Part shown: positions 26,297-39,600 of the stretch, piece by piece
Position numbering within the stretch: position 1 is the first letter of the stretch
Layout of the letters: every line of letters begins with the position of its first letter
Source: Ginglymostoma cirratum
Lineage: Eukaryota
Direction of reading: 5' to 3'
Assembly (NCBI GenBank): GCA_024137785.1
Contig: JAHRHZ010000002.1
Coordinates: 4,803,258-4,867,257 of the forward strand
DNA length: 64,000 bases
Made by a program: the position numbers and the translations under genes
The notes under the pieces: generated by a model
Told to the model about the DNA's origin: nothing
Database searches by the model: none
The model's input: only the letters and a program-made list of their open reading frames with translations

Positions 26297-27500
26297 TTTC
26301 TTCCAAAAGGCCGATGTTTTGATGCTGCTATCAGAAGGCATATTCCAGAGTCTGCACTGGTCATCGAGATCTCTGAAGGCCTTATCAAAAAGCAGATTCC
26401 ATTTGATGTCCTTATTTATGAAACTGGCAACAGGTGTAGTATAATTCTCTCAAATTAACTTCTCATTAATGTTATTTCTGTTTCCATTTAGCCCTTGGCT
26501 CTGGTGATATTCAGCGCTGTGCTGTGAGTGCTCCCTGTTTGTACAATCACACAGGACACCCCAGAAGGGACACTGCTCCCCACAGCCACATAACATTGTG
26601 TACAATTCATTTGATGGATCTGTGGGGAGAGAAGTGATCTTCTCAGCAGTGTCCTACTCCTAATCTTTAACATTTTCAGTCAGATCATTTGTTCTGATAA
26701 TATTTTCAGTTTCTTGTTTAAAGTCCTCACAGTTAATCTTTTCAGACTGAAAAATAACAGGTCTCAGTGTCTCCTGTGGAATCTGTATCTCATCTAGTTT
26801 TGTTTTAAATGCCCGAATGATCCCGGTCATTGATTTCTCACCAGTTGGAGGTGTTATATCCTTCAGTGTTGCCCTCACACGTGTGATAATCCCATGCAGA
26901 ATGTCCAGTGTGAGAGAGCACAGCAGAGGGACCTATTCATAATTTGTGGCTTCATAGTGTTGGAGAACTTGTTCTTTCAGCTAACCTTTCTCGAATGACA
27001 CAGTGTGTTGCATATATCAGTAATATTTATCAAAACTGTCTCTCCTTCAAATGCAGCATCGGAGTCAATGTCCTACCTTTCAAATGCTTGTGGTTAATCA
27101 TTTTTCACCACTGCTTGAAACATTGAAAACCACATTTTCTCCAAATCTGTATTGGAAATGACTTCTATTTTAATACTATTGTAAATGTTTTCAGACCTTC
27201 CTTCCGTTTGTGGACCAACTTGTTATTCTCATTCATTATTCTCACTCCCCTGTTCCTTGCAATTACTCAGCTCCTCCTAATTCTTGGGGCTCTGATTTTT
27301 CTTCCCTTTCTGGGTTAGTTCCAGGAAGCTTTTCAATATGGATCACAGTGACTCAGTAAGATCAATGTTATTCCCTGTTCTTTGTAGTTGATTAGCAGAA
27401 TGTTACTGGGATTACTTGTTACTGTAATTACATCACCTACAGAAATTGTATTGTCTGTCAGAACCAGACTCAGTTCTTGCTCACTAGGAGTTTGGTTACC
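26297..27500 (-). pseudogene. Decayed, internally deleted interferon-induced very large GTPase (GVIN1/URGCP family) coding sequence
   Basis: One frame from about 27046 to 26297, with in-frame stops, reads DSFDKYY*YMQHTVSFEKG*LKEQVLQHY...LDEIQIPQETL...KITSLPTDPSNELYTMLCGCGEQCPFWGVLCDCTNREHSQHSAEYHQSQGLNG...EKLI*ENYTTPVAS...LWNMPSDSSIKTSAFWK. This follows the remembered VLIG/URGCP C-terminal signature (LP.KPQDELF..GC..QCPFC...C...H..H...H.PQGL...KLV...W.I.PD.S...S.YWK). Upstream patches (ELTQKGKK, DLEKMW, LSLVLTDNTISVGDVITV) match more weakly. No P-loop was seen. Confidence 0.8.
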
Positions 27501-27555
27501 TCCAACTGGGTCAGATTTCAGGCTGTGAATCTCTCTGAACAGGCTCAGTTTTGAG

Positions 27556-27653
27556 CTATGTATGGGATTCAATTAGCTCCAGTTCCACATTATTACCCGT
27601 GGCTTCCTGTTGATGTAGAGTGGGCTCCATTTCCAGAAATGGTTGCGTGGAAA
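27556..27653 (-). CDS. Gene A candidate terminal exon, coding part ISTQPFLEMEPTLHQQEATGNNVELELIESHT*
   Basis: Acceptor TGTTTTTATTAG, open in phase 1 for 32 residues to TAG at 27556-27558. The sequence continues directly into the VLIG-like relic. Confidence 0.55.
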
Positions 27654-30600
27654 CTAATAAAAACATTAAATAGGTCAACTGTGCAACATTTGAGAAAAGT
27701 GTAAATGTGGATATTAATATAACAATGATTTAAATGGTTTTTACTAAAATTTGGAATCTCACTTGTTTGATGTTCTTCCTCAGACTTCCTGTGGCATTGT
27801 TGCTGTAGGTTTCGAGTTTTATCTGTGGGCAAGAATAAAGAGTTTTAACTGTAAATGCATTTTAACTGTATGTTCCCCACTTACATGTAGCATCTCTGAT
27901 ATATCTTACACTATTATTTTATTCACCCTGCTTTTAAGCTGTGCTGGGGCCTGAGAAAAAGTAGGAGAGAAGCTACAATGGGAAACGGTAAACATAAGAG
28001 AAAAAGAAACTAAAACAGAAATTGCTGGAAATGCACAGCAGGTCTGGCAGCATCTGTGAAGGGAAATCAGAGTTAATGTTTTGGGTCCAGTTACCCTTCT
28101 GTTCTGTAGGAGGGAGTGTATTATCATGGTTAGAAGATGAGCTAGTGAACAGGAAAAAGAGAGAAGGCATAACTGGGTCATCTTCTGGCTGGCAAGAAAT
28201 AATGAGTGATGTGCTACAGAGTTTAGGTTTTGGGACTTCAACATTTAACAGCACGTAAAAGTAATTTCGATGAAGGGACAGAAGGTATGGTTGCTAAATT
28301 TGCTGAAGACACTAAGATAGACACCAAGAAAATTGTGAAGGAGATGCAATGAAGCTACAAAAGGATATTGATAGGTTAAGTGATTGAGCAAAGATGTGTA
28401 AAATGGTGTCTCATGAAAATATTGTCCATTTTGTCAGGAAGAATAAATGTAGTATATTATCCAGATGGTGAGAGGTTGCAGAGGTCTGACATGCAGAGGG
28501 ATCGAGCATTCCAGTGCACAAATTACGAAAGGTTACTATGCAGATAAAAGTAAAGTCATCATAGTCCCACTGGACCGTAGGGCTGCTTTCTCATTAGAGA
28601 CAGATGACTGGTGGTGATTTAATCTGAGGGTCACAACAGCTTAGGCAATGGGAGAGGTCGAGAATGAGAGTCCTTCATGGTAATCTCAGCCAGTGTGGCA
28701 ATTTTGCAAAGACAGCATAATATTATTGTTCATTGCAAGGGGACTGGAATACAAAAGTAAAGAGGTTGTGCTTTATTTATACAGGGATTTGGTGAGACCA
28801 CATCTGGACAATTGTGTACAATGTCACTGTTTTGCTTGGAGAGGAGAAGGCGGAAAGGAGATTTAATCAATGTTTCAAGATCATGAGGCTTCTGAACAGA
28901 GCAGATAAGAAAAACTAATTTCCAAATGTAAAAGGAATGAGAACCAAGGGGAACATGGTATAAAGTGTTTTGCAAAATAAGCAAATGATAGAAAATAACA
29001 TTTCACACACCAAGTGTTTTGGTCTAGAATGTCTTGCCTGGAAGTGTCATGGAGACAGGTTCAACTGAAACATTCAAGACGGTGTTGAATAGTTATTGAA
29101 ACAGGAACAATGAGCAGGATTTTGAGGAAAATGAGCAGGATTTTGAGGAAAAGGAAGGAGTTTGGCATTAAGTCAAAATGCTTAGAGAGCTGGTACAGAC
29201 ATGATGGGTTGAATGACCCCATTCTGAACCATATGCCTCTGTATCACCCCTGTTTTTATTAAGGAAGAAAGTAAATGTGTTGGAAGCAGTTCAGAGATGG
29301 TTTACTAGACTGAAACCTTGAGTGGACAGGTTGTCCTTTGAGTGAAGATTGGACAAGCTAGGCTTGTATTCACTGGACTTCAAAAGAATAAGATTGAAAC
29401 ACACAAGATCATGAAGGCTTTTGACAGGGTGCTTCCTCTTGTGGGAAAATCTAGAATATAAGGACAAGGAAGAGTAGGCCATTCAGCCCCTCAAGCCTGC
29501 TCTACTATATAGTAAGATCATGGCTAATCTGATTATGATGTCAAAACCACACCTGCCTGTCTCCGATAATCGTTCACTGCCTTATTAACAAAGAACCTAA
29601 CCACCTCTGCCATAAAAATATTAAAAGACTCCGCTTCCATTGCCTTTTTCAGGAAGAGAGTTCAAAAGTCTCACAACCTTCTGTTGTGAATGGTGATCAT
29701 TTATTTTTAAACAATGACTCCCTTGTTCAAGATTCTCCTGTGAGACAACATATTCTTTTTAAAACCTCATTCGTGGGATATTGGTGGTGCTGGCCATGTT
29801 TGTATTTTTTGCCCATACCTTGCTGCCATTGACAGAGTGGCGGTGAGCTGCCTTCTTGAAATGCTGCTGTCCCTGTGCCATAGGTTGACCTACAATGCTC
29901 TTAGTGACAGAGTTTTGAATCCTGGAGGTGGCGTGTTGGGAGGGGGTGGGGAGGTGGTGGTGTTTCTGGTGGGGGGAGGGGAGTGGATGGGGTGGGAGTG
30001 TGAGCCCAGCATTGCTAAGCACTTAAGAAGGACTACCATGTTGAACTTTAACTTTATTTCTCTATTTTTCTACTTTATACTGAGAAGGAATTTAATGTTG
30101 AACTCTAATTTTTCTACTTTGTACCTAGGTACCTATGTACCTAAGATGGCACTGGGAATGTAACATTGTACACTCTTCACTGTACTCCTGTACCCTGTTG
30201 AGTACACATGACAATAAATCCAATTCCAATTCTAATTTTAATTCAACGCTAAAGGATAAGCAATAGATTTCCAAGTCAGGATGCTGATTAGCTTGGTTCG
30301 TGGTGTTCCCAGATAACATCCGCATTTGTCCTTCCAGATGGAAGTGGTCATGTGTTTGGTAGGTGCTATCTAAGACTGTTTCTTGAATTTCTGCTCTGCA
30401 TCCTGTAGGTATTGGTATTATGTGTTAACAAAATAGGAACATAAGAAATAGCAGTAGGATTTGGCCCATCAAGCTTGCTCTGCCATTCAATATGAATTGG
30501 CTGAACAGCTGGTTTGCAATGCTGAGTGATGCCAACAGCATAGATTCAATTCACTTGCTGGCTGAGGTTACCATGAAGGACTCTCCTCAATCTCTGTGGC

Positions 30601-33600
30601 ATCCTGGAGGTGACTATAGAACAGTCTATGGATTTCATTGAGACCTTTGATAAGGTTCCACATGGTAGGCTGCCCTGGAAGGTTAGATTGTATGAAATCC
30701 AGGAGAGCTGGCAAATTGGATACACAGTTGGCTTGATGGTAGCAAGCAGAGGGTAATAGTGGAAGGATGCTTGTCGGACTGGAGGCTCAAGACTAGTGGT
30801 GTGTCTCAGGGGTCGGGCCCATTGCTGTTTGTTATCTATATCAGTGTTTTGAATGAGAATGTACAAGGCATGATTAGTAAGTTTGCAGATTACACTAAAA
30901 TAGGTGGTATCATGGATAGAAATTGCAGCAGGATCTCAATCAGCGGGGGAAGTGTGCCGAGAAATTGCAAATGGAGTTTCATCTAGATAAGTGTGAGATA
31001 TTGCATTTTGGAAAGTCAAATCAAGGTAGGAGTTTCATGGTGAATAGTCGGGCCTTAAGGAGTATACTGGAACAGAGGGACCTTGGAGTTCAGGTGCATG
31101 GTTCTCTGAAAGTGGAGTCACAGGTAGATAGGGCAGTGAAGGCAGTTTTTGGCACACCAGTCAGGGCATTGAGTATAGAAGTTGGGAAGTTATTTTGCAG
31201 TTGTACAGGACTTTGGCGAGGCCGCACTTGGAGTGTTGTGTTTAGCTTTGGTCACCTAGCTATAGGAAGGATGTTATTAAACTGGGAAGAGTGCAGAAGA
31301 AATGGCCAGGACTCAAGGGACTGAGTTATAGGGAGAAGTTAGACAAGCTGGGACTTTTCTCTTTAGTGCATAGGAGACTGAGGGGGGGATCTTATAGAAG
31401 TGTATGTGATCATGAGGGGCGTGATAAGGTGAATGCACTCAGTCTTTCTCCCAGGGTTGGGAACTCAAGGACTAGAGGGCATCAGTTTAAGGTAAGAGGG
31501 GAAAGAATAAATGGGAACTTGAGGGGCAACTTTTTTTACACAGAGGGTGGTACGCATATGGAATAAGCTGCCAGTGGAAGTGGTTGAGGTGGATACGTTG
31601 ACAACATTTAAAAGGCATTTGGATGAATACATGGATAGGAAAGGTTTTGAAGGATATGGGCCAATTGCAGGGAAATGGGGTTAGCGTGGATGGATATTTT
31701 GGTCGGCATAGACCAGTTTGAGCCAAAGGGCCTGTCTCCGTGCTATAGGACTCTATGACGATAACTCCATGAATCCATAACAGAAACTGACCTGACTACG
31801 CATATAAATAGGTGAAGTCACCATAGTTCCGGAGTACCGTAGGGATGATCTCTCATTAGGGAAAACAATTGGTGATGGTTGAGGCTGCCCAGTTTGACAT
31901 TCCACTCCCTCTGTTACTTACCTGTCTGAGTCCTTTTCCACATTACTAATATGATTATTCCGACTATAACAGCCAGTGGAATAATCACAAATCCTGTTAT
32001 TTCAAGATGCAAGTGTCTAGCGCCATTTCCTGGGATTTCTGAAACACATTTGAACAAGATCATGATTATTGCTTTGTTCCTGAACCCATTCCCAGTTCTG
32101 AGTTAGCCTGTTTGTGTGTTGTTGTTGTTCCCAGGATTACATTACAAAGAGGTGGCAGAACTAATCATTCCCAAACTTCAGCTAATGACAAATACCTAAT
32201 TCCCATTGAAATAAAGGCCACCTTTGGTTGTATTTCTAAAGACTTTTGGCTCATGGTTCTATCCAGCATATGGAAGGATAACTACCTCAGTCTCTTCTTT
32301 GTAATCTGCAGCTGGTAATGGTTTCCCCTTTACTTACGAATGACTGCTGTGTGTCTCTAATAGGTTTTCGCAAACCCTTTTATTCACACTATTATATGAA
32401 ATACTGTTCTTTGTACATACATCTGTTACTAGTAAAAACTATTCCATCATTTTTTCATCATCTTGTGCATAAAACTGATTCTACTTCAACATCTTTATCA
32501 TCATTTTGTTATTACCCTACAGTCCCCCACCCACCTCGAGTTTCTCTCGACTTTTATACAAACACATTTAACTATTTCTTTAAACTTTAAACATCTCCCA
32601 CCATTAACACACCCACCCAGCACCAACATCTGAACTTCACAGGTTAAGTCTGTAGCCAGACAGGCCACTCAAAATGGCGGAATTGGATAATACACCAAGC
32701 ATTGACCAAAGTATCTGTGCAAAGATACTGAAATAAACAAGCTGCAGACCCTGGCAGGTGGCACAATACACAATTGACTAAGCCTATTTACCAGGATAAC
32801 AGGAAACATCGAGCTGTAACCGGAACAAAAGGACACCTCACACTCTTGTCTGGGCAGCCTCACTTACGTGCCCCTGACACTTTCAGAAACGGAATACCTA
32901 AGACCACCCCACCATCTGCATGGCAATGCCTGATTGGGTCTGATCAGTTAGGGTAATCAATTCGTGATCGATCCATTGGTGGGAATCAAAGATCCTCCCA
33001 AAGGGGTGCGGAAGCTTTCAAGGATAAGAATCACCGCAACAGCACCTTCAGGACCGGTAACTCGAGATCAACCACCATAAGAAGAGACACCCCTAGAAAC
33101 CACTGGGAGAGGAAGACCAGACAACCATCACCATGTGGATCAAGGCCAAGGTTTAGTGTGGTGATGTTTGATCATTCCAAGTTAAATTAAAGTACGAGAT
33201 ACTGATTTAGATTTACTGTGTTAATTGTCGAATTTATAGTGTTAATTGTTAGTTTGTAGCATAATTGCTATCATAGTATTAATTGTGTTATAATCAATAA
33301 AGATCATTTCATATTGTTATTAAGAGTCAACTCACGGTCCTTTGTGGGATATACTAAACTGTGTGTGGTGAGCGCAACCGGTCTTTGTAGCATCTTACAA
33401 TTTATTCTGAGATAGTAGGAACTGCCGATGCTGGAGTCTGAGATAACAAGGTGTAGAGCTGGATGAACACAGCAGGCCACGCAGCATCAGAGGAGCAGGA
33501 AAGCTGACGTTTCAGGTCTGGACCCTTCTTCAGAAATGGGGGAGGGGAAGGGGGCTCTGAAATAAATAGAGAGAGGGGGCGATGATAGAAGGAGCAGATG

Positions 33601-36600
33601 GGTGGAAGAGAAGACTGGCAGGTCAAGGGGGCGGGGATGTAGCTAGTAAAGGTGAGTGTAGGCAGGAAGTGGGGGTGGGGGTTGGTCAGTGAGGTGGGAG
33701 GAGCGGATAGGTGGGAGAGAAGACAGACTGGTCAAGGAGACGGGTTGAGAGCGGGGCTGGTCTTGGGATGAGGTTGGGGATGGGGAGATTTTGAAGCTTG
33801 TAAAGTCCACATTGAGGCCATTGGGTTGTAGGGTTCCAAGGTGGAATATGAGGTGCTGTTCCTCCAGTTTCTGGGTGGCATCGTTGTGACACTGGATGAG
33901 CCCCAGGATGGACATGTCGTCCAGGGAGTGGGAGGGGGAGTTGAAGTGGTTCGCGACAGGGAGGTGTTGTCGTTTGTCGCAAACCAAGCGCAAGTGCTCC
34001 ACAAAGTGGTCTCCGAGCCTCCACTTGGTCTCCCCAATGTAGAGGAGGCCACATCGGGAACAGTGGCTACAATATACCACATTAACGGATATGCAGGTGA
34101 ACATCTGCTTAATGTGGGAGGTTTTCTTGGGGTCTGGGATGGGGGTGAGGGGGGAGGTGTAGGGGCAGGTGTAGCACTTCCTGTGATTGCAGGGAAAAGT
34201 CCCAGCGGTGGTGGGGCTAGAGTAGAGTGTGGAGCAGAGGAGGGAGTCACGGAGAGAGCGGACCCTCCGGAAGGCAGATAAGGGTGGGGAGGGAAATATA
34301 TCCTTGGTAGTGGGGTCAGATTGCAGGTGGCGGAAGTGGCGGAGAATGATGCGTTGAATCCGGAGGTTAATGGGGTGATACATGAGAACAAGGGGAACTC
34401 TGTCTTTGTTTTTATCGCGGGGAGGGGGAGTGAGGTCTGAGGTGCGGGAAATGCAAGAGATGTGGTTGAGGGCGTTTTTGACCACTGGAGTGGTGGGAAA
34501 TTGCGGTCCTTGATAAACGAGGACATCTGGACATCCAGGAGTGGAACGCCCCATCTTGGGAACAGGTGCAGTGGAGGCAGAGGAATTTGGAATAGGGGAT
34601 GTCATTCTTGCAGGAAGGTGGGTGACAGGAGGTGTAGTCTAGGTAGCTGTGGGAGTCAGCAGGCTTGAAATAGATATCAGTTTCAAGGTGGTCACCAGAG
34701 ATGGACACAGAGAGGTCCAGGAAGGTGAGAGAGGTATCAGAGATGGTCCAGGTGAACTTGAGGTTGGGGTGGAAAGTGTTAGGAAAGTTGATGAACTGTT
34801 CGAGCTCCTCGTGGGAGCACGAGGCGGTGCCGATACAGTCATCGATATAACGGAGGAAGAGGTGGGGGATGGGGCCAGTGTAGCTGCAGAAGAGGGACTG
34901 TTCCACGTATCCTACAAAGAGGCAGGAGTAGCTTGGGCCCATGCAGGTAGCCAAGTCCACCCCTTTCATTTGTAGGAAGTGGGAAGGAGTTGAAGGAGAA
35001 GTTGTTAAAGGTAAGGACAAGTTCGGTTAGGCGGATAAGGGTGTCGGTGGAGGGGGAGTGGAGGGGGACTGGACGGGCTGCGGGACAGGAAGAAGTGGAG
35101 GGCTTTTAGGCCATCTGCATGGGGAATGCAAGTAGTTTATTCTGTTCTTGTAATCATCACCACTGATCAAGGGTGAGAGTCTTCAATCATTTCTGTAACA
35201 TAATTATAATTCTGTAAAATAGCCAATATAGTTCTTTCCCAGTATCTCACAGTTTATAGTCATCATACTCATTCAGTTTTGTTGTTCCAATTAGTATTGA
35301 TACTTTTCGGGTCCTTCTTAACATTCCCACCTGGTTTGTCAATATGAGAATGCAATTGCTCTGCCTGTCTGAGGACTGTCTTCTAACTTCCCATCTCTGA
35401 TCCATATTAAGTTGGACTCTTACGTGACTGCACACAGCATTCACAACAAGATAGATGGTCTAAAGTTACTGAAATAACTCCACAGAGGCCAGTATCCCAT
35501 CACCAAGTCACCCTTTATTTACACGTGGAAAGTCCTTGACACTAATCCAGCTCAGAGCGAACAGGGTATCTGACACTCCGTTTTTATCTGTCAGCCACAT
35601 CTCCCTGATTGAATCAGATTAACAGTCCCAATTAGGGAACTCGTATTCTATGAGGTCCACTTGGCTGACCTCATTGCAATCACTGCAGGTACAAATACAG
35701 ATACAAGGGTACAATCTAATGACAATTACAGCAACATGTTTGCATGGTGACCAGAACTGGCAACAGAATATTCAAGATATTTGATATTCAGCAAGGGTAG
35801 ATACAAAGGAAAAGGAGGTGATGTTATGTTGATAGGAAGGAGTGGGATTGGTACATTAGTAAGGGAGGATCTCAGATCAGAAGAACAATGTGCACAAACT
35901 ATTTAGGTATTTAGCAAACAGCAAGGGGTAGCCGATACTGGTTGGATTTATTTATAGGTCACCAAGTAGTAGTTGTTGCATGGGGAATGTTGTTAATTGG
36001 AGATGAGAGAAGCAAGTAGCATGGCCACCATCGTTATCATGGTGACTTCTTTCTATATATAGACTGGGTAAACCAACTGAGCACCACAGCTGTGGAGGAT
36101 TGTAGAGCTTCTGGATTGTGTTTGGGATGGTTTTCTAAAGCAGAATGTTGTGGAGTCAATGATAGGATGTGTTATTTTAGGTCTAGTATTCTGTAATGAA
36201 AAATAGCTAATTAACTATCCTCAGGGATGATGTGAAGGAATAGAGCAGTACCTTTGAAAGTGAGGTGGTTAATTCTGAAGCCAGAGTGTTCAATTTGAAT
36301 AACAGAAAAACGATGAAGGCATGAGGCCCAAGTTGGTTGAGGCAAACTGAGCAAATAATTTAGAAGGCATGATTATACAAAGGCAATGGATAGTCTTTAA
36401 AGAATTATGATATAACTTACAGCAACTATCCACGCCTTCAAACTTAAAAAAAGTCAGTCAGCATGGTGAACAAAGAAAGTTCAGGATTGTATAGGATTAT
36501 GAGCAAAGATCTATAAATTTGCCTGAAACAGCAGTAATTCTGAAGGGATTGGGAGGTGCATAGAATACCGCAAAGGAGGACCAAGAACCTGTTGACAAAA

Positions 36601-39600
36601 GGAAGAATAAATTATAAATTTAATCTTGCAGAAATATAAACATGAACTGTAAAAGTTTCAAAAGATACGTAAAAAGGGAACACTTGGCTAAAATGGATCG
36701 GGGTGCATTAAAGGCAGAGTCAGGACATATTAAAATGGGGAATATAGAAGTGAGCTAAGTACAGAGAAGCTAAGTAATTATTTTATGTTAACAAAGTATG
36801 GAGCTGGAGGAACACGGCAGGCCAGGCAGCATCAGAGGAACAGGAAAGTTGATGTTTCAGGTTAGGACTCTTCCGTCAGCTTTCCTGCTTCTCTGATGCT
36901 GTGTCGAGCCTGCTGTGTTCCTCCAGCTCCACACTGTGTTAACGCTGACTCCAACATCGGTGGTTCTTGCTATCTCACTAATTATTTTGTGTCTATTTCG
37001 ACTGAGGAAAATAGCATAATTCTCCCAGAACCAGAAATCCAAGTGACTAGGGAGAATGAAGAGTTGAAGGATATTAGAATGAGTAAAGATGATTGTATTG
37101 GGAGAAATAATGGGGCTGAAAGTACATGAATCCCCAGGATCTGATGATCTACGTCCTGAGTGTTGAAGGAAGTGACTATAAGAGATAGGCTTCGGGTTAG
37201 GCATTGATGTTTACCTTCACAATTCTGGAATGATCCCTGCAGATTGGACAGTAGCAAATGTCCCCCTACTATTTAAGAATGAAGCAAGAGAAAATGGGGA
37301 CTATTGACTGGTTAGCTTTACAAACGTAGCAGGGAATCGAAACGGAGTCCCTGGAGCTGTGAGGCAGCAACGCTAACCACTGAGCCACCTTGCCTTGGAT
37401 ATAACTTGAACATATACTTCTTGGAGATGTAGCAAAAGGTCTGCCCAGATTGTCATACCAGCACTGATGCTTATGTTTTTGCGAAGCCTGTTGCTTCTAG
37501 TGCGACTGAACATAATCTCTGGTTTTTCTCCTTAACGACTCATAAGAGGTATGTTTTTACTTACTTTTCTTTACTTCCAATTTCTTGAATCATCTGGTTT
37601 TCAGAGATGTCATCTTCCCTTTACCTTTTGTTTCCTTTTTTTGATCTGTGAAACTACTTGATGTGTGAAGTCTTCCATCAACACTCTGCCTTCCCTCTAT
37701 TGGTCTCGTATTCTGTGGTTTGCTCAGCTCCACAAGGTGAATGCTATTAAATGGCTGCTGTACTGCCTTCCAGAACCAGGGGCCACAGTCTAAGAACGCT
37801 TGGTTAAATTGTTTAGGACTGAGATGAGGAGACATTTCTCCACCCAGAGAGTGGTCAGCCTGTGGAATTTGCTACAACCGAAAGCAGTTGAGACCAAAAC
37901 ATTGTATGACTTCAAGAAGGAGTTGGATATCGCACTTAACAGGTACCAAAGAATATTGGGGAGAAGCAGGAAGAATAGGATAATGAGTTGGATAGGCATC
38001 CATGGTCGTAATGAATAACAGAACAGGCTGGAAGGGCCAAATGAGCTTAATCCTACTGCTAGTCTCTATCTTCCTGCTCTTTCCCTATGTCCACAGGCTT
38101 TTGAGTGGGCAGGGCCATTTCACAGGGTCATAGAGAAATACAGCATGGAAACAGACACTTCAGTCCAAATTGTGCATGCTGACCAGATATCCTAAATTAA
38201 TCTAGTGCCATTTGGTCCATATCCTTCTAAACCCTTCCTATTCATATACCTATCCAGACTCCTTTTAAATGTTAATTGCGCCAGCTTCGACCACTTCCTC
38301 TGGCAGCTCATTCCATACATGCACCACCCTCTGTGTGAAAACGTTGCCCCTTAGGTCCCTTTTAAATCTTACCCCTCTCACCTTAAACCTATGCTCTCTA
38401 GTTCTGGATACTCCCACCCCAGGGAAAAGACCTTGTCTATTTATCCAATCCATGCCTGTCATGATTTTATAAATCTCCTTAGGTCACCCCTCAGCCTTTG
38501 ACACTCCAGGGAAACTAGCACCAGTCTATTCAGCCTCTCCCTATAGCTCAAACCCTCCAACCCTGGCCCTTTTCATCTACCTGACGAACTGAAACATCTA
38601 AAGCTTTAGCATTTTTCCACATTATTGCCCAATTCTGTGCTTTGCTTTTGGCTCGAATATTGTAACCTTTTAAATGTTGTTGCTCCTTTAGGTGTTAAAT
38701 CCCAGTGTTCAGCTGTTTCTAAAAGAAAACTAATACCTTTTCATTGCAGACTCTGATGACATGATTATGGATAAACTCAACTCTCAATGCTCCACACTTG
38801 CAACAACTAGCAAACTCACACAGGTCTTTAAGAACTGATCGAATGGGTTTCCCTGGAATCAGGGATCTCTGAATAAATCACATTCACTGGATTGCAGGTT
38901 TTGCTCTGGGATGAAATGGTCTTGAATGCCTTTAGGGTAGATGCAGAATCTGCAGTGCTCTCTTCCAACCCCTGTCTCTCAGGCCTGACTTCCAAGTTGA
39001 ATGTAAAAGCCTGGTGTCTCTGCTCACCGGCACACAACTTGATACCGTTCTACACAATTGTTTCTTCAATAACTTACAATGTTATTATGAGGAGGCTGTC
39101 TGAGTTTTTGATAGGCTGATGCTCATATCGTGACTGGCTTGCCCCAGTCTGATATTTTTCTTTACCTCATTTGAGGTTCTCTGCTAATGTTTTCCTGTGG
39201 ATTTCACTGGATGGCACCAATATACGATTAAATCAGAATCTCTACTATTGCTACCATGGTTTGTCTTATCATGAGACTTGCGGCTCAGTGTTCTGATCGG
39301 CACATTGAAGAGATAGCTATTCTAGCTCCTTCCAGTTTTATGTGGGCTATGATGATTTCCCTTGCCCTCAGGCTGACCCTGGTAGGTTTCAACAAACCCT
39401 ACAAATTACACCAATATAAATGACACTGCAAGTTCATCTCTCAGGAGTACAGAACGTTCTATCCTGTCTTCACAAGCTCTAGCACATGACAGCTGATGTC
39501 ATTGTTAAATTATGTTATAAATTGCCATCTCATTGTCATATCCACTGTTATTATACTATAAACTTTACACATGTTAAAAATCCACTCCTACATTTGGATT

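Noticed and set aside
26660-26878. Intact functional VLIG gene
   Set aside because: Multiple in-frame stops, frameshifts, no GTPase motif and a repeat insertion make it a relic.
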